Of a stretch of 64,000 nucleotides of DNA, positions 20,848-31,464 are shown in pieces; positions within the stretch are counted from its first letter, which is position 1, and each line of letters starts with the position of its first letter. The DNA is taken from the NCBI GenBank assembly GCA_019704295.1, contig AP024596.1, positions 1,376,001 through 1,440,000 on the forward strand. Direction: 5' to 3'. A program made the position numbers and the translations under genes. The stretch comes from Sulfolobales archaeon HS-7 (GTDB taxonomy: Archaea > Thermoproteota > Thermoprotei_A > Sulfolobales > Sulfolobaceae). A model generated the notes under the pieces. That model was given only the letters and a program-made list of their open reading frames with translations. It had not been told where the DNA came from and made no database searches.

Positions 20848-23781
20848 ATGAGATCATACGTAATTACAGTTTTATTTCTTTTTCTTATTTCGTTTATTTA
20901 CGTTCCTTCAATAATCCCTAGCGTAGCTGGATTTGCTCCATCGATGGTTTCAGGATACGCCTTTCCTCCTGCTCCCCCCGTGAAAAACGCGAGTGTAGTC
21001 AACCCCTATGAAGCCTATTCAAGCTATCCAGCTCCAATAGGCATATCTTTTCTAGGTCTAGGTCCAAATGGTCCATGTACTGTTCAAACGACACAAGTTA
21101 AGGGTGACGTTTTAGTTTGTGCTCTCCAGGGCATTAGTCATTATCCTAACGGACAGGTATCCGATTGGATAGACTTTCAATTAAACGCTGTCTTAACTTA
21201 CGTTCAGGGGGGAAATACGTATTCGCTATGGATCCAAGATATTGCTATTATTCATACAACGCAAACCGAGATTAGCTTTGATGACAACGTATGGAATTTC
21301 TCCGCTCGAGATGCTAATGTTTCAGGACTTTCTGGAAACGGGAAAATATGTCCAGATCAAAACGATCAAACTTACTATTACTATGAACCTGCAGGATATC
21401 CAGGCTCAAATTACGTTACTTCTACTCCTTACACAATTAAGTTAATGATGAACGTAACTACCAACTCTCTTAATGAACCCGTAATATGCTTCTGGTATAA
21501 CGATGGATTTGGATGGATAAAATATGACACCGTAACGGTGGATTCCCCAAACTCGAGTAACGTTTACATAACAATAACAGGAGAGAATTACACTCCTAGT
21601 GGATACTATTATGACCTGGAATTAGTTATGGCAGGAGGCAACGGTCTTTCATGCGGAGTCTTATCGCAAGCAGAAGCCTTTCTATCTCTTTATTATTATA
21701 ATGGACATAACTTCCAGGAACCGCTAAATACGTATAACTTCGGTGTAAATACGGGAGAAAGAGTAAAGAACGTTAATTCGGTTTCTTGTTATTATCTTAA
21801 TACAGGATGTCTAGTAGCGGGAGTTTTTCTAGGGACAGGAAGTTTAGGGACGCTCTACACTCAAAATCAAGTATCTGAAATAAAGGTACATACTGGTTTC
21901 TCCGAGGGGGATTTAATTGCTTATAACTCCTCACTACCATTAGATAACGCTACGAGTTTATCGGCAATTCCCTATCAGGGAGGTTGTGCTATTCTAGTTC
22001 TTGAACCTATGAGTTACGGTTTCCTCTCCTATGAGTCTGGATCTCTACAGGGAGAAGCGGAGTTAAACGCAAAGCCGGGAGGGGATTACACTATAACCAC
22101 GCCAACGTTTTCCGTAACCGCCTCAACAACCTCCCTCCTCGTTGACCAGGGAACTCAGGGTGAAGTTACGTTAAACGTAGTTGCTTGTGGAGACGTTCAG
22201 ATACAGGTTAGTTCGTCCTTAACAACGAACTTACCGAGTAGTGTTCAAGTAAATGGGGAAACGGAACTAAATCTCGTCATACCTCCTAACACTCCTCTAG
22301 GAAATTACGTAATAACCGTAACGTTAACCCTTCTGCCAGGATTGTCGAAAACGATAGAAATTGACGTTTTAGTTGTGTTACCTAAGATAACTGTAACAGT
22401 GTCAGCTAATTTAGTTGGTAATTCACCATCGTCTCCGCTCAGCGTACTTTTCACTTTCCCTAACGGCACCACTGAAAGCGTTCCCGTTGATACTACCGTA
22501 ACAGTTCCCTCCGGGACGGAATACCAGTTCCTGAATTTGACAATGGGTAACGAAAGGTGGGTAACGCTTGTTTGTTCGGGCGTCCTGGAGTCCTCAGGTA
22601 CTATTACCGCGACATATTACGAGCAGTTCGTCACCACTTTTTCCTACTCAGTACAGGGAGGTCAAGGTTACGGGCAACCTTTCATTGTAGTGTGTTACTT
22701 CGGTTCGCAGGAGAGCGTATCCCCAGGAAGTTACTGGGTGGACGCGTTTTCCAGTTACCACTATCCGAGAGAGCTTCCCGGTTCGGGGAATCAAGAGAGG
22801 TGGATTACCTCTTCGACGCAGGGTGAGGTAAACACGCCGGGACTAACGGTTTCCCCTTACTACGTTAACGAATACTACTTAACCGTTCCCGTGATAATAA
22901 ACGCAACCGTAAACTCAACTTCCACTGAGCTTACCTCTGGGTGGTTTGTACAAGGTACTACCATTCATGTAGACAATAACACTATTTACCTTTCCAAAGT
23001 GGAGAGGGAAGTGATAACTTCCGTAAGCACCGGACTCGACTTTACAGTGGATCAACCCCTAACAGTTCAAGTAAAGACTCTAACTCAGTTTTTGGTTACG
23101 GTCAATTCCCCGATACCTGTGAGAGCTCTGATTAACGGTACCAATACAACCCTCCTTTCGGGTTGGTATAACGCAAACACCACTTTTCACGTACTCAACC
23201 TAACTTACTCCCCCTCCACAGGTACGAGGTACGTTATACTCTCAGCAAAGCCCCTTGAGTTCGTTCTGGATAACGGCGTTAACGTTACAGTTACATACCA
23301 AAAGCAGGAGTACCTAACCGTTAATTCTCCGATTCCCTTAAAGGGGTACTTCAACTCCACCTCATTTAACGTAACGTCAGGATGGTATCCCTATGATTCC
23401 TCAATAACAGTTGCAAACAACACTTACTACGTCAACAACGAAACTAGGTGTGTAATAACCTCCGTAACTCCGGAGACCTTTACCCTCACCTCACCCCAAG
23501 TGCTAACGGTAAATACGGTTAAGCAGTTCCTAACGGATGTAAACGGGGTAAAGAGCTGGGTGAATCAGGGTACGCAGATCAGGTTAACCGCATCCATCCC
23601 AATATACGAAGTTGGAAAGTACGTGGGAACGTATAACGTCTCAGTTAACTCGGTGATAACGGTTAACTCTCCCCTGACGGAAACCCTTGTTTTATCCCCG
23701 AACTTCGCGTTCTACGGAATAGTTGGGGCAATAGTAGCTGCAATAGCGGGTGTAGTAATCTACTTTGAGAGAAAAAGGTAA
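20848..23781 (+). CDS. thermopsin-family (A5) membrane-anchored protease
   Basis: PAPIGI, QLNAVL, WIQD, DNVWNFS, DLELV.AG, FG.NTGE; SGW/QY repeats; C-terminal TM. Confidence 0.9.
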   Translation: MRSYVITVLFLFLISFIYVPSIIPSVAGFAPSMVSGYAFPPAPPVKNASVVNPYEAYSSYPAPIGISFLGLGPNGPCTVQTTQVKGDVLVCALQGISHYPNGQVSDWIDFQLNAVLTYVQGGNTYSLWIQDIAIIHTTQTEISFDDNVWNFSARDANVSGLSGNGKICPDQNDQTYYYYEPAGYPGSNYVTSTPYTIKLMMNVTTNSLNEPVICFWYNDGFGWIKYDTVTVDSPNSSNVYITITGENYTPSGYYYDLELVMAGGNGLSCGVLSQAEAFLSLYYYNGHNFQEPLNTYNFGVNTGERVKNVNSVSCYYLNTGCLVAGVFLGTGSLGTLYTQNQVSEIKVHTGFSEGDLIAYNSSLPLDNATSLSAIPYQGGCAILVLEPMSYGFLSYESGSLQGEAELNAKPGGDYTITTPTFSVTASTTSLLVDQGTQGEVTLNVVACGDVQIQVSSSLTTNLPSSVQVNGETELNLVIPPNTPLGNYVITVTLTLLPGLSKTIEIDVLVVLPKITVTVSANLVGNSPSSPLSVLFTFPNGTTESVPVDTTVTVPSGTEYQFLNLTMGNERWVTLVCSGVLESSGTITATYYEQFVTTFSYSVQGGQGYGQPFIVVCYFGSQESVSPGSYWVDAFSSYHYPRELPGSGNQERWITSSTQGEVNTPGLTVSPYYVNEYYLTVPVIINATVNSTSTELTSGWFVQGTTIHVDNNTIYLSKVEREVITSVSTGLDFTVDQPLTVQVKTLTQFLVTVNSPIPVRALINGTNTTLLSGWYNANTTFHVLNLTYSPSTGTRYVILSAKPLEFVLDNGVNVTVTYQKQEYLTVNSPIPLKGYFNSTSFNVTSGWYPYDSSITVANNTYYVNNETRCVITSVTPETFTLTSPQVLTVNTVKQFLTDVNGVKSWVNQGTQIRLTASIPIYEVGKYVGTYNVSVNSVITVNSPLTETLVLSPNFAFYGIVGAIVAAIAGVVIYFERKR

Positions 23782-24203
23782 ATCTGATTTTTGAGCTCGG
23801 ACTTGATACTGTAAAGTTACTTTTTTTCTTTGAATTAAGAGATTTACTTAGGAATGAGTGGACTTATTTTACGTGAATAAAGCTAATAGTTGTTAGGTTA
23901 TCTAATAGGAATTGAAAGCTTCCTACGACCCTATGCGGAATACACCGAATCTCTGGAAGTTAAGGGCAACACCTCAAAATTTAAGGAGGATCTCCCAAAA
24001 GGAGCGAATATTGTTAACTGTAAATACCGCAATGACGTAAAGCAAGTGACCGGATCTCCTTAATTTCTCTACTACTCCTGAATCCCCGTTTTATAAACCA
24101 ATCTTCTTACCTAAGCTTACCTTTTTAGAGGTGCGTTTTTGATTGCGCTTCTGTATCACACATCTGTCGAAAAAATATTTATACGGTAATTCTACCAATT
24201 CTT

Positions 24204-24542
24204 ATGCGGGGACTGAGGAGGGAGAAATACATCGCCAACAACTGGAGAAAAGTAGCGTTGCAGGTTGTCGAGATAGCAAAGAGATACGGGAATTTGACTA
24301 AGGCCGTAGTGTTTGGCGACGTACCGCTCAACAGCATAGGCCCTTATTCAACCATAGATATCTTGTTGATTTTCGATGAACCGTGTTATAAAATAACTCT
24401 ATGGGATATAAAAATAGCAAGCGAGTTAGGAGACAAATCGGACCTCGTGGATATCAAGGTAATTAGCAAAGATAATGAGGAAAATTACCTTAAGCTTATC
24501 AAGGACTATATTGTAGTGTATCCCAGTGTTCTTATTTCGTGA
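24204..24542 (+). CDS. degenerate minimal nucleotidyltransferase (MNT)-like protein
   Basis: VVFGD...STIDILLI in place of GS...SDIDLLV. Confidence 0.6.
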   Translation: MRGLRREKYIANNWRKVALQVVEIAKRYGNLTKAVVFGDVPLNSIGPYSTIDILLIFDEPCYKITLWDIKIASELGDKSDLVDIKVISKDNEENYLKLIKDYIVVYPSVLIS

Positions 24543-24639
24543 TTCCAAACGCATGTTACAACATGCAAAGTCATACTTGGTTAGGCGGTAAAGATCAAGG
24601 TAGTGCAGTATATGGAATTAGATTGTCTGAGTATATGAT

Positions 24640-24945
24640 TTACTGTTTAACGAAATAAAGTGCGCTATCCACTGTCTCATGTTTATCCTTGACCTTCAGT
24701 GCCTGATTAAGTTTAATTAAGTCGGTGTTTTTATTATCGTGTATTTCTATTCCGTTTACAATTATGTAATCGATTTCTTCAATTCTCACCCGGACTTCCT
24801 GAATAATTACGTTTTCCGGAATTTTACATATCTCACCTGAAATACCTAAATGTTCGTAAATTACCCTTAATGCTCTGGTTACCTCCGGGACAATTACGTT
24901 ATCAGTTATTGCATATATTTTCCCCTTATAAATCTCCTTAACCAT
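24640..24945 (-). CDS. hypothetical protein
   Basis: 101 aa ORF with ATG start and plausible composition. Confidence 0.5.
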   Translation of the reverse strand: MVKEIYKGKIYAITDNVIVPEVTRALRVIYEHLGISGEICKIPENVIIQEVRVRIEEIDYIIVNGIEIHDNKNTDLIKLNQALKVKDKHETVDSALYFVKQ

Positions 24946-25255
24946 TTACTAGTAGTAGTCTCTATATTTTGATTAATTTTTGTAAAAGAAAATGTTTCAG
25001 TTCATAAAGTATATTACTTGTAGGCTTTCCCCGTACTTCAAAACTAAGTACTCTTTCACAAGTCCTCTTCCTTATGAGAAAATTCCCTCCCCCTCCCTTC
25101 GAACTTCTTGCCTGTAACTCATGAAAAGTAATTAGAATTACATAACTGTTATACTCCTTAAGGGGTCAATAAGAACTCATAACACTCTCTGAAAGCGTTA
25201 AAATTATTGCAACTCCCTTAAAAACATCGTTGATGAGGTTTTAATGGTTATCAAG

Positions 25256-26515
25256 TTAATCCTCAAGAACTTGAGAGGTTATTATGACAACTCCTTCTCC
25301 CTCAAGTTGTTCTTTCACGTCTTTCCTGACGTAGTTTGCAACTAAGAATAGCTTTAGAGGTTTGGAATACAGAGCGGAGAAGAGCTTTTTTCTATTGAAA
25401 ATTTGCTCTACTGCACCTTCATCCGCTAAGTTCTTTATTTCGAACACGTATACATAATCGTTAGTTTCGTAAAAGTCTACTTCAAATGACCTCCCCTTTT
25501 CTATTACTCCAACTGTGTCTATTACCTTTCCATGTTGCACCTTTTCGGGGTTAACCCCATGTAGTTCCAGTGCTTTCTTATAAAGTGAGAGCATTGTCCT
25601 CTCCATGTTCAAACCGGCTCTATTAGTGAAGCTTCCGATTTCCGTTGATAGCTTTCTTTGTTCCCAAACCAGCTCCTCTACTGCCTTTTGCAAGGAAGCG
25701 ATGGCCTCACTGTGCTTCTCTATGACCACGGAGTGCTGTTCAACCGTTCTCTGTAAGTTAGTCATTTCCCTTGTGAGGTTCTCGATAGCTACTGAGTGCT
25801 GTTCCACGGACTTTTGCAAGGAAGCGATGGCCTCACTGTGCTTCTCTATGACCACGGAGTGCTGTTCAACCGTTCTCTGTAAGTTAGTCATTTCCCTTGT
25901 GAGGTTCTCGATAGCTACTGAGTGCTGTTCAACCGTTCTCTGTAAGTTAGTCATTTCCCTTGTGAGGTTCTCGATAGCTACTGAGTGCTGTTCCACGGAC
26001 TTTTGCAAGGAAGCGATGGCCTCACTGTGCTTCTCTATGACCACGGAGTGCTGTTCAACCGTTCTCTGTAAGTTAGTCATTTCCCTTGTGAGGTTCTCGA
26101 TAGCTACTGAGTGCTGTTCCACGGACTTTTGCAAGGAAGCGATGGCCTCACTGTGCTTCTCTATGACCACGGAGTGCTGTTCAACCGTTCTCTGTAAGTT
26201 AGTCATTTCCCTTGTGAGGTTCTCGATAGCTACTGAGTGCTGTTCCACGGACTTTTGCAAGGAAGCGATGGCCTCACTGTGCTTCTCTATGACCACGGAG
26301 TGCTGTTCAACCGTTCTCTGTAAGCTTGATAAACTATCCTTAACCTCCTTCATGAATTCTCGAACAGTGTGCTCTAAGCTTATTATCGCTTGAGAGTTCT
26401 CCTCCAGTTTCTTAATTACTACTTCATCCTTTATCTTGTCCTTAACTCTATCCGCTATTATTTCAATTAATTCCGGGTTGTTAATTATCTGCCTAGTAAC
26501 GTCATTAGCTCCCAT
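25256..26515 (-). CDS. long heptad coiled-coil protein with C-terminal PD-(D/E)XK domain (DUF3782-like)
   Basis: GSFTNRAG..ME, EVDFY...VFEIK. Confidence 0.8.
   Translation of the reverse strand: MGANDVTRQIINNPELIEIIADRVKDKIKDEVVIKKLEENSQAIISLEHTVREFMKEVKDSLSSLQRTVEQHSVVIEKHSEAIASLQKSVEQHSVAIENLTREMTNLQRTVEQHSVVIEKHSEAIASLQKSVEQHSVAIENLTREMTNLQRTVEQHSVVIEKHSEAIASLQKSVEQHSVAIENLTREMTNLQRTVEQHSVAIENLTREMTNLQRTVEQHSVVIEKHSEAIASLQKSVEQHSVAIENLTREMTNLQRTVEQHSVVIEKHSEAIASLQKAVEELVWEQRKLSTEIGSFTNRAGLNMERTMLSLYKKALELHGVNPEKVQHGKVIDTVGVIEKGRSFEVDFYETNDYVYVFEIKNLADEGAVEQIFNRKKLFSALYSKPLKLFLVANYVRKDVKEQLEGEGVVIITSQVLED
25685..26324 (-). repeat. 126-bp tandem units (4 full, 1 hybrid 63-bp, 1 partial)
   Basis: Identical units encode LQRTVEQHSVVIEKHSEAIASLQKSVEQHSVAIENLTREMTN. 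Confidence 0.95.
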
Positions 26516-26774
26516 ATAAGAATATTCTTACGACTAAATAATATATTTTCTTTAAGCTGTCCGAGAGTATTTACTATGTTTAATCCCGATTTCCTACTGT
26601 GAATATCGTGATATTCCTCGATTTCTATCCAGGGAGAAGGCGCTCGTCGTATCCCTCCTATTGAAGCAATTAATAATACTTTAATTTTACGTGAATTGCC
26701 TCAAAACCTTTTATAATAATTTTGTTGAAGTTAAAAGGCTCAAGCTACTTTAAACTAAGTGTTACTAAATCCTG

Positions 26775-26937
26775 GGGCGATTCAGATTTGCATTATGAAT
26801 TGTAATTATAGCGGACTGCAATTAAATATGGGAAATTGTTAAGTGCGAATCTCTACATAGTCCATACGATTGGATTTAATTAAATTTATTCTATCTTTGT
26901 AAATAAACTAAATTCGCTATGAACGCGTGAATGGCCC
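26775..26937 (+). mobile_element. 163-bp MITE with GGGC.ATTCA TIRs
   Basis: GGGCGATTCA...TGAATGGCCC; flanks AAATCCTG/AAATCCCG (8-bp TSD, 1 mismatch); inverted homologue at 62503-62663. Confidence 0.8.
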
Positions 26938-27447
26938 AAATCCCGTAAACTTGGGGGCCACGTTATCATCGTAGGAGGATAGAGTATACAAGGTTTAGTA
27001 TTTATTACCAGAATTGATAACCTCCGTCCTAAAACAGTCCTCATAAAGAGCTACCTCGTCCTTATTAGCCAAGCTTTCCGCAATCGTCCCGCATTTTAGA
27101 GGACTTCTTAGGGGCAGTTTGAAACTCGCATTAAACTTAATGTTGGTGTTCCACTCCGGATTACTTCACAAAGTAGTGCTTACTACACTACCCTAACTTT
27201 AAAGTGACGACGGCGCTTACTCATTTGTGAGTTAATTCCTACAGACTATTTTAATGTAAATAGACATATAGGCTACCTCACTAGCTCTCCTTTTGTCAAT
27301 CGGTATTACGACATTAGCACTACGACTCCCTTGTGCTATGGTGTATCCGGGAGGATAGTTTTAAATGGAATGGATAAAACGTTTTCATAATGGAGTACAT
27401 GAGGCACGGAAGTAAAGTAGCGTGTATGAGCGAATCCCCGGAGGTAA

Positions 27448-28317
27448 ATGAAACTCTGGACGGGTGTAGAGCTTACGGACAATTCGTCTCGTAATTTGTC
27501 TAAACTACCTTCGAATAAGGTTCTGCTTTTATACTGGATAGCCTTCGTTATAACCCTAATTTCCTTCTTTTTCTCCTCCAGTCCAACGTTGTTAGCCGAA
27601 GCAGTTCATTCCATGACAGATGCCGTAGTTATTACGATAACGTTTTACGCCCTAACACTTGTAAATAATAGAGATCCATTCTACACTTACGGAATGCATA
27701 GGCTTGAGACGCTAAGTTCAGTGGTGAATATAGGGACTGTTATCCTTGGGAGTATGGCTTCCTTAGCTCTTTCCGTTTCTTTTCTCCTGAACCACATACC
27801 TGATAATCCAGAAGTATTAACGGCAATCTCGTCAGCGGATCTGCTCCTCTCAATATACGCCGTAAGGAATTCCGGAGAGGTAGGAGGGGTAAAGGTCCAT
27901 TCCATCTTAGATAGTACGACGTACACCATGGGGATAGGAGCGGGATTGCTCGTTCTTCTAACTCACGATGTTATCATTGACCCCCTGATGTCTTTCGCAG
28001 TGATTGGAGTCGTGATACTACAGTCGATCTCTCAATTAAGGGATTCGTTTTCAACGCTTATGGAAAGATCTCCCGTTGATGTGAACGACGTAACTTCGGA
28101 ATTGCTATTGATATTCCCAAACGTACACGACGTACACGTATGGAACATATGCTCGCATATGAGAATAGCAACGTGTCACATAATTGAAGACCCTAATCTA
28201 ACGTTAGGGGAACTTGATACGTTGAGAAAAAGAGCTGAAGCCGTGCTGAGAGAGAAGTTCGGAATAGGTCACGTAACAATACAATTCGAGTCGAAGCAAA
28301 ATGAGGAGGACTATTAA
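27448..28317 (+). CDS. cation diffusion facilitator (CzcD-like)
   Basis: LLAEAVHSMTD, YTYGMHRLE, HSILD, VHDVHVW, HVTIQFE. Confidence 0.9.
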   Translation: MKLWTGVELTDNSSRNLSKLPSNKVLLLYWIAFVITLISFFFSSSPTLLAEAVHSMTDAVVITITFYALTLVNNRDPFYTYGMHRLETLSSVVNIGTVILGSMASLALSVSFLLNHIPDNPEVLTAISSADLLLSIYAVRNSGEVGGVKVHSILDSTTYTMGIGAGLLVLLTHDVIIDPLMSFAVIGVVILQSISQLRDSFSTLMERSPVDVNDVTSELLLIFPNVHDVHVWNICSHMRIATCHIIEDPNLTLGELDTLRKRAEAVLREKFGIGHVTIQFESKQNEEDY

Positions 28318-28719
28318 ACGATGTCACCCCCACGAGCTTATCTATTCCTTGAACTACGCAGGCTTTCTCCTAGTTGTTTTCAGGGATTTTAGCATTGCTT
28401 GAAAAGTTTCATAAAGTAGGTTATTTTTCCAGGACGATCAACTTTATTCTCCTCCTGAGGTGATGATCTAGAACCTTGGTCACCCTTATCTTTAATGGAA
28501 TAGGTCCTTGCATTTCGAAACCGGTTTAATCTGTCGTCCTAAGAACCTTTTTATGTCCCAGTGCCTTATTCACCCCTACAAAGACGTTGTGTTCTCACCG
28601 TAACTAGTTACTTTCCACGGGTCGCACATCGGGGTACATTACCCCTCCCGCATTTCTCTCTTTACGATCCCAAGTGTTATCTCTCTTCCCCTATTTACAC
28701 CGCAAGTGAGACGTTATAT

Positions 28720-29280
28720 ACTTGCGCGTAGATTTGGAAAACTTTGATAATCTTCTACATTCCCTTATCGCGCGGTATCCCTTTACCCATGACATAAACG
28801 AACTATTGAGTTCTTCAAAATGTAAAACCCGAATTGCTAGAATTGGAGGACTAGGAATTGATAGCGCTGCTAAAACTATCCTATGGATCAAGACATTTTA
28901 CGAATTCTCCTCATGGAGATGCAGATAATTAGTTTGGTAAAACAATTTTCAGAGGTATAGTCCTTAGCAGCAAAAATAGAGTATTTCAATAAAGGATTTA
29001 CGCTTATGAGATCTGCTCATCGCTGAAGAGGGTACTAGAACACGTAACGATAGTAGTCTTCGGTGCTGTAATCAGCGGGATTTACGTTCTTTAAGCGATA
29101 TAGACGTTCTAATTGAAAGGGATAAGGTTGGGGATTTGTCTGGCAAGCTGAAATGAATCTTTATATATTTTCTAAACTTAAAAGCGGTGTGACTCCTTTC
29201 GAATTTCATTATTCCAACTGAGAAGATTATGAGGATTTTTATAAAGAGTTTTTCAATCTTTGGGTTGAAATCAGATGTTA
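28720..29280 (+). pseudogene. HEPN-MNT pair remnant
   Basis: YPFTHDINELL (HEPN-like), then IVVFGAVI...SDIDVLI (MNT) in broken frames; boundaries approximate. Confidence 0.55.
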
Positions 29281-29629
29281 TTTAAGGAGTACTTCAATAC
29301 TACTATTGAAACGCTATTGTAAATGATCGTAAGCATAAAAGCACCTAGTTCTCGTTACAAAACCTCATCCCGTTAAAATTGGCATTCCTTTCAACCTAAG
29401 TACTCATGATAGACTTTATGAGAGAATCGGTGAAATCTAAGTAGACCTAGAAAACCTGTGACCTAACACGCCCTTACTGGTAGACCCAAAATCGTTTTAT
29501 AAAAAATAATTCTGACTGGCAAGTATAAGCTTAGTGAGAAGTAATAGAATTTATAGCTTTGTTAAGAACTCAAAAAATTGAAGAAAGGTTTATGGTGAGG
29601 AAGCCTGTATTATCACGTAGTGAACGGAG

Positions 29630-29975
29630 ATGGTAATACCGAGTCTCTCAACACAAGAACCTAGAATAAGGTATAAATTACTTTCCGTGTTGAACTTCAA
29701 GGGGAGAAAGGTAGGGGAGTGGTGAATACGCTGGTATAAGCGTGCTTGCGGAATGTGGAGAGAAATTCCTGGGAAAACGAGGTGTCGCCTCAAACCGTGA
29801 GGGACTACGCTGAGGAGCATGGAAATGAGGTGATCGAGAGGCTTCCACGGGGAAAACACGTTGCACCAGGGATGAGGATAGCTATGCCCTACGATGTTGA
29901 TGTAGGTAGCGTTCTGGACTCCCGTTACCATAGCTGTGTTAGAGGCGAAGCGTGTAGTGCCTTATAGAGGTTCGG
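29630..29975 (+). mobile_element. ISH3-family (ISC1225-like) transposase 5' remnant, interrupted by a mini-element
   Basis: YKLLSVLNFKGRK...VSPQTVRDYAEEHGNEVIERL. Confidence 0.7.
29842..29962 (+). mobile_element. 121-bp internally deleted CT-core mini-element
   Basis: CT|TCCACGGGGAAAACACG...GTTAGAGGCGAAGCGTGTAGTGC|CT. Confidence 0.8.
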
Positions 29976-30374
29976 TCTGTTTCACCCGTCGCGGAGGATT
30001 TTGCAAATCGCACGAGCTATCGCGTATAACCTCTCAAACTGTTCTCTCACATCTGTAATAACATTACAGTTACCCTTATTTCTCTTACCACTGGTATATG
30101 TCTGGATTATTTCATATAGAGCTATTCTAATCTAACTAGAATATTACAATTCAGAATGAACACGTTAACGGCTCAAATCCCCATGTGGTCATTATGGTAG
30201 TATTGAATTAAATTTATTACGGTTGTTGAAATAAATCCGCGATGGAGACGTGAATTGCCCCAACAGTTTTACAACGAGAGGATTACAACGCAATCTCTCT
30301 TTATTGAAAAGATTTCAGAGTTCCTTTGACGATGCTATAGTATGGTTTTTAAATATGGCGTAGAGATGTTAATT

Positions 30375-31271
30375 ATGGTAATAACAAAAGTAAACATCGA
30401 CGGATTCAGAGGACTTAAGGTGAACGCTGAGCTCAATAAGGTCAATATAGTAGTAGGGGAGAACGGTACTGGGAAAACTTCCTTTCTTGAAGCAATATTT
30501 TTATCAACTCTTTTCCAATCATATGAGAACGATTCCGACTTTATTACTTCATTCACATACGCAATGAATAGTAGAGGTGACGTACTTTCAGCTTTTTCCA
30601 CACTTTCAGATAGTGTAATAACTATTGATCATACCACGGTTAGTTTTAGGAAAAAAGATCTGTATAACTTAGAAGCGTACGTAAACGAGGATAAAGTTGC
30701 GGAAGTAAATGTGAAAAATGCGTTACTTAGTATGGAGGGACTTTCTGGGCCATTACTATTACCTTTAGTAGTAATCCAGAAAAAAGTGAATAACGGGTAC
30801 TACCCGATATATATTTCAACTTTCTTTGATAATGCCGGCAATCCGGAAAAGATTTTCAGTGTTGCAAAAAGGAAAAATAGGGAGATTAAATCTGAGTTTG
30901 AAATACTACTGGATGAATATGGGCAACCCAGGTTACACTATAACTTATTACCTGCCTACGTCATGGGTAGAGGTATTCTTAAGAAGGAGATGATAAAGTT
31001 CAGCCTTACCGCTTCTAATTTATTGCTTATAGACGAGATCGAGGATTCTTTACACCCTGATTTAGTAATGCAAGTCCTGAACGACATTAAACAAAGTGGT
31101 ATACAAACAATATTTACAACCCATGTAAACGAGGTAATAAAAATGGCTTCTAAGGTATTTGACGAAAATGAGAGCACTATACTTTACTTCACTAGGGGAG
31201 GGTGTAAGACGTATAAATTCTCGGAGGTTTCAGAATTTGATAAGCCCTTAAGTTGGCTCGGATATCTGTGA
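30375..31271 (+). CDS. AAA_15/AAA_21-type ABC-class ATPase
   Basis: IDGFRGL, GENGTGKTS, MGRG, LLIDEIEDSLHP, FTTH. Confidence 0.85.
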   Translation: MVITKVNIDGFRGLKVNAELNKVNIVVGENGTGKTSFLEAIFLSTLFQSYENDSDFITSFTYAMNSRGDVLSAFSTLSDSVITIDHTTVSFRKKDLYNLEAYVNEDKVAEVNVKNALLSMEGLSGPLLLPLVVIQKKVNNGYYPIYISTFFDNAGNPEKIFSVAKRKNREIKSEFEILLDEYGQPRLHYNLLPAYVMGRGILKKEMIKFSLTASNLLLIDEIEDSLHPDLVMQVLNDIKQSGIQTIFTTHVNEVIKMASKVFDENESTILYFTRGGCKTYKFSEVSEFDKPLSWLGYL

Positions 31272-31464
31272 AAGTAAATACTACGATGTAATGTAATTTT
31301 CCTAGAGGGGATTCATGGAAAGTTCTTTTAGAGAGAAAGGATGTTCAGGAAGGGGGCGTTATCACTTCCCTATAATCTTTAGGGGATTTTCGATTAAATA
31401 GCAATTACGGTTTGTCAGAATTTCACATGGTCTACAAGATCGCACTCCCATCTCCTCTGTGTTT

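Noticed and set aside
25605-26393. 262-aa Cys-rich ORF on + strand
   Set aside because: Antisense shadow of the coiled-coil repeat gene; open only because of the repeat.
27186-27200. CACTACCCTAACTT shared with ~59425, possible further MITE terminus
   Set aside because: No partner TIR or alignable interior could be established by eye.
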